Shown: in pieces, positions 47,818 through 57,436 of the stretch
How the letters are laid out: each line of letters opens with the position of its first letter
How positions within the stretch are numbered: position 1 is the stretch's first letter
Assembly: GCA_017482385.1 (NCBI GenBank)
Contig: JAFUNI010000001.1
Coordinates: 2,788-66,787 of the forward strand
Origin: Oscillospiraceae bacterium
Lineage (GTDB): Bacteria > Bacillota > Clostridia > Oscillospirales > Oscillospiraceae
DNA length: 64,000 nt
Reading direction: 5' to 3'
Made by a program: the position numbers and the translations under genes
The notes under the pieces: model-generated
Database searches by the model: none
Seen by the model: the letters and a program-made list of their open reading frames with translations, nothing else
What the model was told of the DNA's origin: nothing

Positions 47818-50780
47818 CAAACATTCTATCTGAAAAAGACTATCAAAAATTCCTACTGGAACGGCTGTCCAAGGACAATGGCTATATCATTCGCAAAGCC
47901 ACCAACTTTGACCGCTATTTCGCAGTCGACCGTGAAATGCTGTTCAAGTTCCTGAACGACACGCAGCCGGACACGATGGACTATCTGCGTAAAATTTATA
48001 AGGGCGACCTGGAGGATACCATCGTCAGTTTTATCAACACGGAAACCACCAAGGCCCGTGGCAGTCTGATTGAGGTGCTGAAACACGGTATTGAAATCTC
48101 CAACCGCCATCTGGACTTGATGTACACCAAGCCCGCGACCACTTTCAACCCGGATTTGACCCGTAAGTACGGCATGAATATTTTCTCCGTTATGGAGGAG
48201 GTCTGGGCAAGTGATAAAGAGCGTATCGATGTGGTTATCTTCCTAAACGGCCTTGCTATCATCTCCTTTGAGTTAAAGTGCAACACTGCCGGTCAGTCCT
48301 ACCAGGATGCCATATACCAGTACCGCACCGAGCGCAACCCCAAGACCCGTCTGTTCCTGTTCAAGGCAGGTTGCCTTGTAAACTTTGCTATGGATCTGGA
48401 AGAGGTCTACATGACCACCAGGCTCGCAGGTGACGCCACATTCTTTTTGCCCTTCAATATGGGCAACGGCGAAGGTGTGACCGCTGGTGCAGGCAACCCC
48501 GCATTCGAGGACAAATACAGCGTGTCCTATATGTGGGAAGATATTCTGACCAAGGATACCGTCCTTGACCTCATCAGCAAATTCGTATTCGTTGAGGTAA
48601 AGGAAAAGGTCGATGAGCAGACCGGCAAGGTGAAGCGTTCCGAGAACCTTATTTTCCCGCGTTATCATCAGCTGGACGTTATCCGCCGTGTTCTTGCCGA
48701 TGTCCGTGAAAACCGCACCGCGCAAAATTATCTGATTCAGCACAGCGCCGGTTCCGGCAAGACCAACTCCATCGCATGGTTGGCTCACCGCCTGACCTCT
48801 CTGCACGATGCCGACAATCGGATTATTTTCGATAATGTCATCATCGTCACCGACCGTGTGGTTGTCGACCGCCAGTTGCAGAAGGCTATTATGGGTATGG
48901 AGCATAAAGCTGGACTTATCCGAGTAATGGATGACAAGTGCAACTCCGCTGACCTGGCAATTGCGCTGAACGGCAACACCAAAATCATCGCTACCACTAT
49001 TCAGAAGTTCCCGTATATCGTTGACAGCGTGAAGGGACTGAAGAATAAGCGTTTCGCAGTTATCATTGACGAGGCCCATTCCTCCACCGCAGGTAAGGAT
49101 ATGGCAGCTGTGACCATGTCCCTCGGCTCCGGCGAACAGGTCGAAGCAGATGTGGAAGATATGATCTCCGATGAGATCAAGCGCAACGGCAAGCAGGCCA
49201 ATGTGTCTATGTTTGCGTTCACCGCAACTCCGAAGCCGACCACTATTCAGCTGTTTGGCCGTCTGAACACCAAGGGTCAACGTGAGGCATTCCATGTCTA
49301 CTCCATGAAGCAGGCCATCGAGGAAGGTTTCATCCTGGATGTGCTGCAGAACTATACTGAATACTCGACTTTCTATCAGATCAATAAGGAAATCGAGGAT
49401 GACCCTCGTTGCAAGACCAACGCTGCTAAGCGCCAGATTGCCCGTTTTGTGGAACTGCATGAGACCAACATCGCACAGCGCGTTGAGGTTATCGTAGAGC
49501 ATTTCCGCACCACGGTAATGCACGAATTGGGTGGACAGGCCAAGGCTATGGTTATCACCGCCTCACGCCAAGGTGCTGTTAAGTACCGCCAGGCATTTGA
49601 AGAGTACATCACCAAGAAGGGCTACGAGGGCATCCATGCTTTGGTAGCATTCTCCGGCAAAGTGAAACTGCCTGATGATGAGGTCGAGTACACTGAGGCA
49701 TCCCTGAACGGTTTCCCGGAAGACCGTCTTACAAAGGAATTTGATACTGATGCCTACCAGGTGCTTTTGGTCGCCAATAAATACCAGACCGGTTTCGATC
49801 AGCCGAAGCTGTGCGCCATGTACGTGCTGAAGAAGCTGAAGGGCGTCAATGCGGTTCAGACCCTTTCTCGCCTTAACCGTATTTGCGCGCCCTATGATAA
49901 AAAGACCTTCGTGCTGGACTTCGTGAACAGCTACGAGGATATCAAGGCTGCATTTGCACCGTACTATACCACCACGCTGCTGTCGAACTCCGTAACACCG
50001 AGTGCCATCTATGACCTTGAGGCAAAAATCGATGCATACGCTCTTTTCGATCCTGCCGATATCGACAGCGCAAACGAAATTCTGTATGCAGAAAAGGTGA
50101 CCGGTAAGCAGAAACAGCGTCTGACCTTCTTCCTGCAGAAGAGTAAGAAACTTCTTGAACACTATGACTATGAGGCCCAGCGTGAGGCTGTTGCAACGAT
50201 GCGCAGTTTTGTCCGCTATTATGAGTTCCTCCTGCAGGTTTCCTGCTTCGAAGACCATGACCTCCACAAGAAGTATAATTTCATCGCATATCTGCTTGCT
50301 TATATCAATATCAAGCATCCGGGTGGTGGCTTCAACCTGGACGGTAAGATCAAAGCCTCCAATTTTGTTCAGAAGAAGGGCGAAGAACACGTTTCGCCGA
50401 ACCTCGTGGCAAAGCCCGTAATGAAACTGCCGACCGCAGAACATTTCGGTTTGACTGAGGATAAGGAGCAGCGTCTGTCCGAAATTATCGATGAAATCAA
50501 CAGTCGCACGGGCAAGTCCTATGATAATGATGTTGTTGTAAAGGCGATGCTTCAGATCCGCGATATTCTGATGAAGTCCGATAAACTGAGAACCAGCGCA
50601 AAGAACAACACTCAGAAGGATTTTGAGTTCTCCTATTTTGATGATATTGATGATGCACTCATCGAAGGTCTGTCCCAGAACCAGGATTTCTTCTCTCTGT
50701 TGCTCTCCAATGATGAAATGAAGCGTCAGGTGCTGGGTATCTTTGCTGACGAAATCTACAAGAGTTTGCGTAACGCATAA
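47814..50780 (+). CDS. hsdR: type I R-M restriction subunit
   Basis: IDVVIFLNGLAIISFELK nuclease motif, HSAGSGKT, IIDEAHSS, FTATP. Confidence 0.95.
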   Translation: MTNILSEKDYQKFLLERLSKDNGYIIRKATNFDRYFAVDREMLFKFLNDTQPDTMDYLRKIYKGDLEDTIVSFINTETTKARGSLIEVLKHGIEISNRHLDLMYTKPATTFNPDLTRKYGMNIFSVMEEVWASDKERIDVVIFLNGLAIISFELKCNTAGQSYQDAIYQYRTERNPKTRLFLFKAGCLVNFAMDLEEVYMTTRLAGDATFFLPFNMGNGEGVTAGAGNPAFEDKYSVSYMWEDILTKDTVLDLISKFVFVEVKEKVDEQTGKVKRSENLIFPRYHQLDVIRRVLADVRENRTAQNYLIQHSAGSGKTNSIAWLAHRLTSLHDADNRIIFDNVIIVTDRVVVDRQLQKAIMGMEHKAGLIRVMDDKCNSADLAIALNGNTKIIATTIQKFPYIVDSVKGLKNKRFAVIIDEAHSSTAGKDMAAVTMSLGSGEQVEADVEDMISDEIKRNGKQANVSMFAFTATPKPTTIQLFGRLNTKGQREAFHVYSMKQAIEEGFILDVLQNYTEYSTFYQINKEIEDDPRCKTNAAKRQIARFVELHETNIAQRVEVIVEHFRTTVMHELGGQAKAMVITASRQGAVKYRQAFEEYITKKGYEGIHALVAFSGKVKLPDDEVEYTEASLNGFPEDRLTKEFDTDAYQVLLVANKYQTGFDQPKLCAMYVLKKLKGVNAVQTLSRLNRICAPYDKKTFVLDFVNSYEDIKAAFAPYYTTTLLSNSVTPSAIYDLEAKIDAYALFDPADIDSANEILYAEKVTGKQKQRLTFFLQKSKKLLEHYDYEAQREAVATMRSFVRYYEFLLQVSCFEDHDLHKKYNFIAYLLAYINIKHPGGGFNLDGKIKASNFVQKKGEEHVSPNLVAKPVMKLPTAEHFGLTEDKEQRLSEIIDEINSRTGKSYDNDVVVKAMLQIRDILMKSDKLRTSAKNNTQKDFEFSYFDDIDDALIEGLSQNQDFFSLLLSNDEMKRQVLGIFADEIYKSLRNA

Positions 50781-50794
50781 GAAGGGGTGATTGG

Positions 50795-53188
50795 ATGTTT
50801 GACGTATTTCGATTGAAAGAGGTCCTGGTGAAGTACAAAGAGGGCTTTCTATCCCAGCAGTGGCCTAATGAAAAATACAAGTGGGAGGCAGTAAGGTGTT
50901 TCCAGGACAATTGGGACATTAACGCACCCGATTTTGCAGATATGCTGACCCGTTCTCTGGCAAAAACATATAATCTGCTTGCTTCAATGAACAATTTCCC
51001 CGCAAAGATGATTCAGGGGTTTGCCAAGGTTGCCCCTGAAGAAGTCCGTGCTATGTACATTGCACTGTTCGATGAAAGCAAGGATGTAGTCAGCCGTATT
51101 CTTGAGTTCAAGAACCAGTCCTCAATTCTGCTTGAGAAGTATGGAAACGGTGCCGGGCAGCATTACCAGTACGAAAATGCTGTTAGCACATATCTGTGGC
51201 TGCGTTACCCGGATAAGTATTATATCTACAAGTATGGTGAGGTAAAAACCGTTGCAGATGAACTTGGTAGCGATTATCGCTTCAAAAAGGGTGCTTATGC
51301 TGATAACCTCCGTAATTTCTTTGCTCTCTATGATGAAATCCGTGCCGAACTGAAAAACGATGGTGGTTTAGCTAATCTCATGAGAGGTCAGCTTACGGAC
51401 GCTTGTTATCCCGATGCTGAACTCTGCACATTAACCATTGATGTTGGTTTCTATATCAGTAGATACTACAGCACTTCCAAGGGAAATCCGCCCACAGAAG
51501 AATGGTGGCCGACCGATTATTCTCCGGCACTGAGCGTAGATGACTGGATCGCTTTGCTTGGTGATGAGGAAGTATTCACCGTCAGCAGTCTGGAAATTAT
51601 GAAGAGAATGAAGGACTATGGCGGACAGGCTACTTGCAAGCAGCTCTCTGTCAAATACGGTGAAACGGTGAATTTTTACATCAGCGGTTCTGCCACCCTT
51701 GCAAAGCGTGTGTCCGAGAAAACCGGATGCCCTGTTATGCCCCGTGACGAGGAAAACTCCCGTTGGTGGCCGATCCTGTATCTCGGCAAAAATGCCCGTA
51801 AGGACGAAGAAGGCTCCTATGTATGGAAACTGCGCCCTGAACTGTCAGAGGCATTGGATAAAGTTGATTTGTCCAATGTAGAGCTGTTTGTTCAGGCACC
51901 TCCCGGAGAAGAAGCACACAATTATTGGTTCTTGAACGCCAACCCGAAAATCTGGAGTTTTTCTGCACTGGCTGTCGGTAGTGTACAGTCTTATACACTT
52001 TATAATGAAAATGGAAACAAGCGAAGAATATTCCAGAACTTCCTGGATGCAAAAGCCGGTGATATGATTATTGGCTATGAATCTACCCCGGTTAAGCAGA
52101 TTGTGGCTATCGGCCGTGTGAGTGCTGAGCAGGATGGAGAGAAAATCTACTTTGAAAAAATCGAAGGTCTTTCTTCTCCTATTGATTTTGCGACGCTTAA
52201 GGAATGCTCCGAACTTGCCAAAATGGAGTATTTCACTATGCAGCAAGGCAGCCTTTTCCGACTGACCAAGGGTGAGTATGATTTCATCATTGATATGATC
52301 CGTGAGGAAAACCCACTGGCTGTGGCTGATGAAATCGAAAAGTACGATAAAGAGGCGTTCTTGGATGAGGTCTACATGACCGAAGGTAAGTACGATACCC
52401 TTGTTGCTGTTCTGAAAAACAAGAAGAATATCATTTTGCAGGGTGCCCCCGGTGTTGGTAAGACCTTCGCCGCAAAGCGTCTGGCTTACTCTATCATGGG
52501 CGAAAAGGATGAAGGTCGTATTGAATTTGTGCAGTTCCATCAGAATTATTCCTATGAGGATTTCATGATGGGATATAAGCCGGTCAACGATGGCTTTGAG
52601 TTGAAGTACGGTATTTTCTACCGTTTCTGCCAAAAGGCCGCGAACCAGCCGGACAAGGATTTCTTTTTTATCATCGATGAAATTAACCGTGGCAACATGA
52701 GCAAGATCTTTGGTGAGCTGCTGATGTTGATCGAACGGGATTACAGAGGCACCAAAGCAACGCTGGCGTACAACGGTATGACATTCTCTGTACCGAAAAA
52801 TCTGTATATCATCGGCATGATGAATACCGCAGACCGTAGCCTTGCAATGATTGACTATGCATTGCGCCGTCGTTTTAGCTTCTTTGACATCGAACCCGGC
52901 TTTGCTTCCGAGGGCTTTATGAAGTACCAGCAGAGTCTGGATAATGAGACCTTCTCTCTGTTGGTTGGCAAGGTCCAGGAACTGAACAAGGAAATTTCGA
53001 TGGATAAATCCCTCGGCAAGGGCTTCTGCATTGGCCATAGCTATTTCTGCGGACAGAGCGAATGTACCGAAGAGTGGCTGCAGGCAATTGTTGACTATGA
53101 CATTCTGCCCATGTTGAGCGAATATTGGTTTGATGATCTGAACAAGCTTCAGCGTTGGGAGAATATTCTGCGTGGTGTATTTCAATGA
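50795..53188 (+). CDS. mcrB: McrB-like GTPase with an EVE-like domain
   Basis: YWFLNANPKIW...AKAGDMIIGYES (EVE-like); GAPGVGKT, QFHQNYSYEDF, IDEINRG, MNTADRS, ALRRRF. Confidence 0.9.
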   Translation: MFDVFRLKEVLVKYKEGFLSQQWPNEKYKWEAVRCFQDNWDINAPDFADMLTRSLAKTYNLLASMNNFPAKMIQGFAKVAPEEVRAMYIALFDESKDVVSRILEFKNQSSILLEKYGNGAGQHYQYENAVSTYLWLRYPDKYYIYKYGEVKTVADELGSDYRFKKGAYADNLRNFFALYDEIRAELKNDGGLANLMRGQLTDACYPDAELCTLTIDVGFYISRYYSTSKGNPPTEEWWPTDYSPALSVDDWIALLGDEEVFTVSSLEIMKRMKDYGGQATCKQLSVKYGETVNFYISGSATLAKRVSEKTGCPVMPRDEENSRWWPILYLGKNARKDEEGSYVWKLRPELSEALDKVDLSNVELFVQAPPGEEAHNYWFLNANPKIWSFSALAVGSVQSYTLYNENGNKRRIFQNFLDAKAGDMIIGYESTPVKQIVAIGRVSAEQDGEKIYFEKIEGLSSPIDFATLKECSELAKMEYFTMQQGSLFRLTKGEYDFIIDMIREENPLAVADEIEKYDKEAFLDEVYMTEGKYDTLVAVLKNKKNIILQGAPGVGKTFAAKRLAYSIMGEKDEGRIEFVQFHQNYSYEDFMMGYKPVNDGFELKYGIFYRFCQKAANQPDKDFFFIIDEINRGNMSKIFGELLMLIERDYRGTKATLAYNGMTFSVPKNLYIIGMMNTADRSLAMIDYALRRRFSFFDIEPGFASEGFMKYQQSLDNETFSLLVGKVQELNKEISMDKSLGKGFCIGHSYFCGQSECTEEWLQAIVDYDILPMLSEYWFDDLNKLQRWENILRGVFQ

Positions 53189-54237
53189 TTAAGGACAAGA
53201 GCATATTCATAAAAAACATTTATTATATGCTGTCCTATGCCTTTACAACCTTAACCCCAACCGAGGATGACGAAATTGCTGCGGAGGAATTTGACAACAT
53301 ACATAATCTCTTCGCAGCCATCCTCGCAAAGGGCATCGGTCAGCAGTTAAAGCAGGGGCTATATCGGGAATATCTGAATCGCAAAGAAGATATGCCTGTT
53401 ATGCGCGGAAAAATTGATATGCCTGGGACCATCAAGAATAGACTCGCCCGGAAACAGGTGCTTACCTGCGAATACGATGAGTTATCCGAGAACAACCTGC
53501 TCAATCAGACCCTCAAAACAACTGTTATGTTGCTGATTCGCCATGCAAAGGTTGATGCTGAGTATAAGAGTGACCTCAAGAAGGAGATGCTCTTCTTTTC
53601 GGAAGTGGATACCATCGAACCCACATCCATAAAATGGTCAACTATTCGTTTTCAGCGGAGCAATCAAAGCTATCGAATGCTCATCAGCTTGTGCCAGTTC
53701 ATTCTGGAGGGTATGCTTCTTACTACAGATCAAGGCGAATACAAAATGGCATCCTTTGTTGATGAACAGCGTATGTGTCGTTTGTATGAGAAATTCATCC
53801 TTGAATACTTTAGCAAGGAATACCCGGCGCTTGGTGTTCGGGCATCTCAGATTCCCTGGGCGTTGGATGATGGTATTGGGACAATGCTGCCTGTTATGCA
53901 AAGTGACATCACTCTGAGTTATGGCAGCAAGGTTCTGATTATCGATGCGAAATATTATGCCCATACCACGCAGGTTCAGTATGACAAGCATACACTGCAT
54001 TCCAACAATCTCTATCAGATTTTCACTTATGTCAAAAACAAAGGCTCTGAGTTTGGTGATAAACCACACGAGGTTTCGGGTATGCTGCTGTACGCCCAAA
54101 CCGATGAAGCTGTTCAGCCAGATAATAACTATATGATGAGCGGAAATCGAATCAGCGTGAAAACACTCGATCTGAACTGCGATTTTTCAGTGATAGCGGC
54201 TCAATTGGACTCAATTGCAGATAGCTTTATACAATGA
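53185..54237 (+). CDS. mcrC: McrC-like PD-(D/E)xK nuclease
   Basis: IKNIYYMLSYA N-terminus, QSDI...IIDAKYY, NLYQIFTY; ATGA overlap with mcrB. Confidence 0.92.
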   Translation: MIKDKSIFIKNIYYMLSYAFTTLTPTEDDEIAAEEFDNIHNLFAAILAKGIGQQLKQGLYREYLNRKEDMPVMRGKIDMPGTIKNRLARKQVLTCEYDELSENNLLNQTLKTTVMLLIRHAKVDAEYKSDLKKEMLFFSEVDTIEPTSIKWSTIRFQRSNQSYRMLISLCQFILEGMLLTTDQGEYKMASFVDEQRMCRLYEKFILEYFSKEYPALGVRASQIPWALDDGIGTMLPVMQSDITLSYGSKVLIIDAKYYAHTTQVQYDKHTLHSNNLYQIFTYVKNKGSEFGDKPHEVSGMLLYAQTDEAVQPDNNYMMSGNRISVKTLDLNCDFSVIAAQLDSIADSFIQ

Positions 54238-54253
54238 TGGGAGGTGTACCCTA

Positions 54254-56404
54254 ATGGCGGATAAATTATATAGGCAAACCATATGGCATGAAATATATAC
54301 CGGCAGAAAAATTAATTGGGAGTCCTTTGTAAAGTATTTTGGCAGAAACGGGGATGACGAATCCTGGTATATTTACTATATTGAGGAAGACAATGAACCA
54401 AGATTTGAACTGCATGCGCACATTGATGGGGACACCGTTGTGTCTGCAGAACCGTTTAAGGCGGATGTGTATGGTGGGCATGGACGCCCAACAATCGATG
54501 AGAAAAGCCTAACCTCAAGTGAAAAGAAATATGCTATTGCCATCTTTGAGGAATGTTTTCCTGATCGGGTAGGAGAATCTTTCGACGGGATAATTGACAC
54601 AGCGATAGCATCTCATGTGGAATACGGTGGCTATAGTATCCTTAAACAAGGATCGGACCATGTTTTATTTCTTTCGCCAGAGGGCAAAAAGGTTAAACTT
54701 AATCACAAGATACTGCTAAAAGCAATTGATTATTCGCATCTTGACTTGGCAGTTCTGCGAGATGCTGATGTTATAGCTGAGTTTGCACATTGCTTTGGTG
54801 TTAAGACCCACGAGCCTCTCGTAGCTATAATGCTTACCATTTCCCCAAAAGAGTACAGTAACTATGCTGTGCTTGAACGGAAATACCGGTATGAGAAAAT
54901 GGAAGAAGCGGTTGCAAGTGGAGATATAAAGCGGTGTGTACCATATATTGATGTTTTAGCCGATGCTGAGAACAACGTCCTGTCGTTTTGTGAGACTGCC
55001 GTCACACAGAATAACAAAACCATGCTTTCCTGGCTAATTGATAATCTTTCCGGTGCGAAGTGTAACTTGGCATCGCTCTTAGGTACAGCAGTAAAAAAGG
55101 ATAACGAGGAGCTTTTTTACTACCTGCTTAACTCTGGACTGGTCAGTGCATCTGACTCGGATTCCACGCAATGGAATTCGCCAATGCATGCTGCGGCTTA
55201 TTATAAGGGGAACGAAAAATATGTGATGCCATTACTTCAACACGGTTTCTCATTGGCTGCAAAAACAGGGTATAGATTATTCAGCACCTATACTATGGAC
55301 GAAATTGCGGAGCTGCTCTTATATGAGGTTGAACTTGATCAAAACACTGTGAACCGCATCTATGCAGAAGGTAGAGCTGATGTCATTAACCAATTGGAGC
55401 TGGAGCCATTGCGTTTCTGTTCAAATGATGTGTTGTTTGCAGCATATGTTACATGTGGAGATTTTGAGAAGTTTTCTGCACTCCTGAAAAACGGTTATAG
55501 AAATAGTAGTCATGAGCTTTTTGCGTTGGCGTATAAGCATTCTCCAGCTTGGACAGATTTGTGGCTTCAAAATGGATTCGACATCAATTGTAGTGATGCC
55601 CGTCTTTTGCATAAGGCTTGCGAAGACCTGGATGTGGATTTTGCTATTTATTTATTAGCAAACGGCGCAAACCCGTATTTGAAGGGACAATATTCCCAGA
55701 CGGTATTCGAGAAAGCTGGTGGTTTTCATGGATACCTATCGGATGAACAGCAAAAAGAGAAAGAACGTCTATGCAAATATTTGCTGGATATCGGTTTGGA
55801 TCCGATTGCTGAGTCGAGAAAAGGACCAAGCATTCTGCAGTATCTACTCGGCAAAACAGAGGCATTTGATTTCGTATTAATTGATTGGCTCGCGGAGCAC
55901 AATAAGATAAATAGCCCGGATTTACCAGATGGATGCACAGACATAAAGCATCTACCAATTGCGCATATCATGGATGAGTTTTCGAGAAAATATAATCCGT
56001 TGGTGTTGCGATATATCATTCAGAGAGGTGCTATTACCAATGCAGAAGGCATCACAGATGATAAGATTTTTTTGGTAGCTTGCAAATTGTGTGATCTGTC
56101 AGATCTGCAATTGGTAGTATCAGCTGGTGCAAACATCCACGAAACCGACAAAACATATAGCAATCGTGGAACTAACGGTCTTTATACTGCGGTGGCGTGT
56201 GGTCGTCCATATGAGATAATCAAATATCTTGTTGAGCTCGGATTAGATGTTAATAGTGTAAGTCCAGCTAAGCCGTGGAGTTGGGGATCTTCGAAAATGA
56301 TGCCTGCAACATCGGTCTTGGATGTTGCTGAAAAGCACGGGAATCAGGAGATTATCGAATACTTGATATCTCAAGGCGCATTGCATGCGACAGAATTAGT
56401 CTAA
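54254..56404 (+). CDS. ankyrin-repeat protein with an unknown N-terminal domain
   Basis: GAGGTG RBS; SPMHAAA, LLHKAC...YLLANGANP, GLYTAVACG..EIIKYLVELGLDVN, SVLDVAEKHGNQEIIEYLISQGA. Confidence 0.82.
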   Translation: MADKLYRQTIWHEIYTGRKINWESFVKYFGRNGDDESWYIYYIEEDNEPRFELHAHIDGDTVVSAEPFKADVYGGHGRPTIDEKSLTSSEKKYAIAIFEECFPDRVGESFDGIIDTAIASHVEYGGYSILKQGSDHVLFLSPEGKKVKLNHKILLKAIDYSHLDLAVLRDADVIAEFAHCFGVKTHEPLVAIMLTISPKEYSNYAVLERKYRYEKMEEAVASGDIKRCVPYIDVLADAENNVLSFCETAVTQNNKTMLSWLIDNLSGAKCNLASLLGTAVKKDNEELFYYLLNSGLVSASDSDSTQWNSPMHAAAYYKGNEKYVMPLLQHGFSLAAKTGYRLFSTYTMDEIAELLLYEVELDQNTVNRIYAEGRADVINQLELEPLRFCSNDVLFAAYVTCGDFEKFSALLKNGYRNSSHELFALAYKHSPAWTDLWLQNGFDINCSDARLLHKACEDLDVDFAIYLLANGANPYLKGQYSQTVFEKAGGFHGYLSDEQQKEKERLCKYLLDIGLDPIAESRKGPSILQYLLGKTEAFDFVLIDWLAEHNKINSPDLPDGCTDIKHLPIAHIMDEFSRKYNPLVLRYIIQRGAITNAEGITDDKIFLVACKLCDLSDLQLVVSAGANIHETDKTYSNRGTNGLYTAVACGRPYEIIKYLVELGLDVNSVSPAKPWSWGSSKMMPATSVLDVAEKHGNQEIIEYLISQGALHATELV

Positions 56405-56427
56405 CCTATATGGAAGGAGAATAGCAT

Positions 56428-57408
56428 ATGGACAATGATGCAAAACTCAGACCATTGTATCTTGCTAAAATTCTATATGAACAGACCGACGAGGAGCATT
56501 TTCTGACAACCGCCCAGTTAATTCAAATCCTTGAGGATCAGTATGGAATTAAGGCCCATCGACAGACGATCAAGGCAGAGATTGAACTGCTCAAGCAATT
56601 TGGCCTTGAGATTGAAGAGGTTAAGTCCACTCAAAATCGATACAATCTCTTTGGACGCCGTTTTGATGCCCCGGAACTGAAGTTGCTGATTGATGCGGTG
56701 GAGTCTTCCAAATTCATCACAGCAGGGAAAAGCAAGGAGCTGGTCGAGAAAATCAGTTCCTTGACCAGCACCCATGTGGCAGCCTCTCTTAGACGGAATG
56801 TTAGCTGCGAAGGGCGGATCAAGCCTGGAAACGAGCGCATCTATATCATCATAGATGCGATCAATGATGCAATTAACAAAAACAAGAAGATTTCCTTCCA
56901 GTATTTCCAATACAACGTAAAGAAGGAAAAGAAGTTAAAACGCAACGGTGAGCCTTATGTTATTACTCCTTTGCACTTGGTCTGGAATGGTGACTGCTAC
57001 TATATGGTCGGAGTTTATGAATATAAGCAGCGACTCGGAAGCTTCAGAGTAGACCGTATTGCAAAGTGTCCTACGATTCTCGAAGAGGAAGGAACACCTG
57101 CACCGGAAGGCTTCAATATTGATGAACACATCAACACCACCTTTCATATGTTCAGTAGTGCACGTGAAGAAGTCGAGCTTGTCTGCGATAACGATGTGAT
57201 GGACTCCATCATTGATCGTTTCGGTGAGGATGTAACAACCTATGCCAATGATATGACTTCCTTCCGCGCTGTTGTGAATATCGCGGTGAGTCATGTCTTC
57301 TATAGTTGGGTGTTTGGCTTCGGTGGGAAGGTTAAAATCAAAGGTCCAGACATTGTGAAGGAAAAGTATGCGGAGATGCTAAACGCTGCAGTAAAGGGGT
57401 TAGAATAG
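56428..57408 (+). CDS. WYL-domain transcriptional regulator (wHTH-WYL-WCX)
   Basis: N-terminal wHTH, PLHLVWNGDCYYMVG, FRVDRI, WVFGFGGKVKIKGP. Confidence 0.9.
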   Translation: MDNDAKLRPLYLAKILYEQTDEEHFLTTAQLIQILEDQYGIKAHRQTIKAEIELLKQFGLEIEEVKSTQNRYNLFGRRFDAPELKLLIDAVESSKFITAGKSKELVEKISSLTSTHVAASLRRNVSCEGRIKPGNERIYIIIDAINDAINKNKKISFQYFQYNVKKEKKLKRNGEPYVITPLHLVWNGDCYYMVGVYEYKQRLGSFRVDRIAKCPTILEEEGTPAPEGFNIDEHINTTFHMFSSAREEVELVCDNDVMDSIIDRFGEDVTTYANDMTSFRAVVNIAVSHVFYSWVFGFGGKVKIKGPDIVKEKYAEMLNAAVKGLE

Positions 57409-57436
57409 TAACCATCGATTGTGAGGAGGCAGAAGG

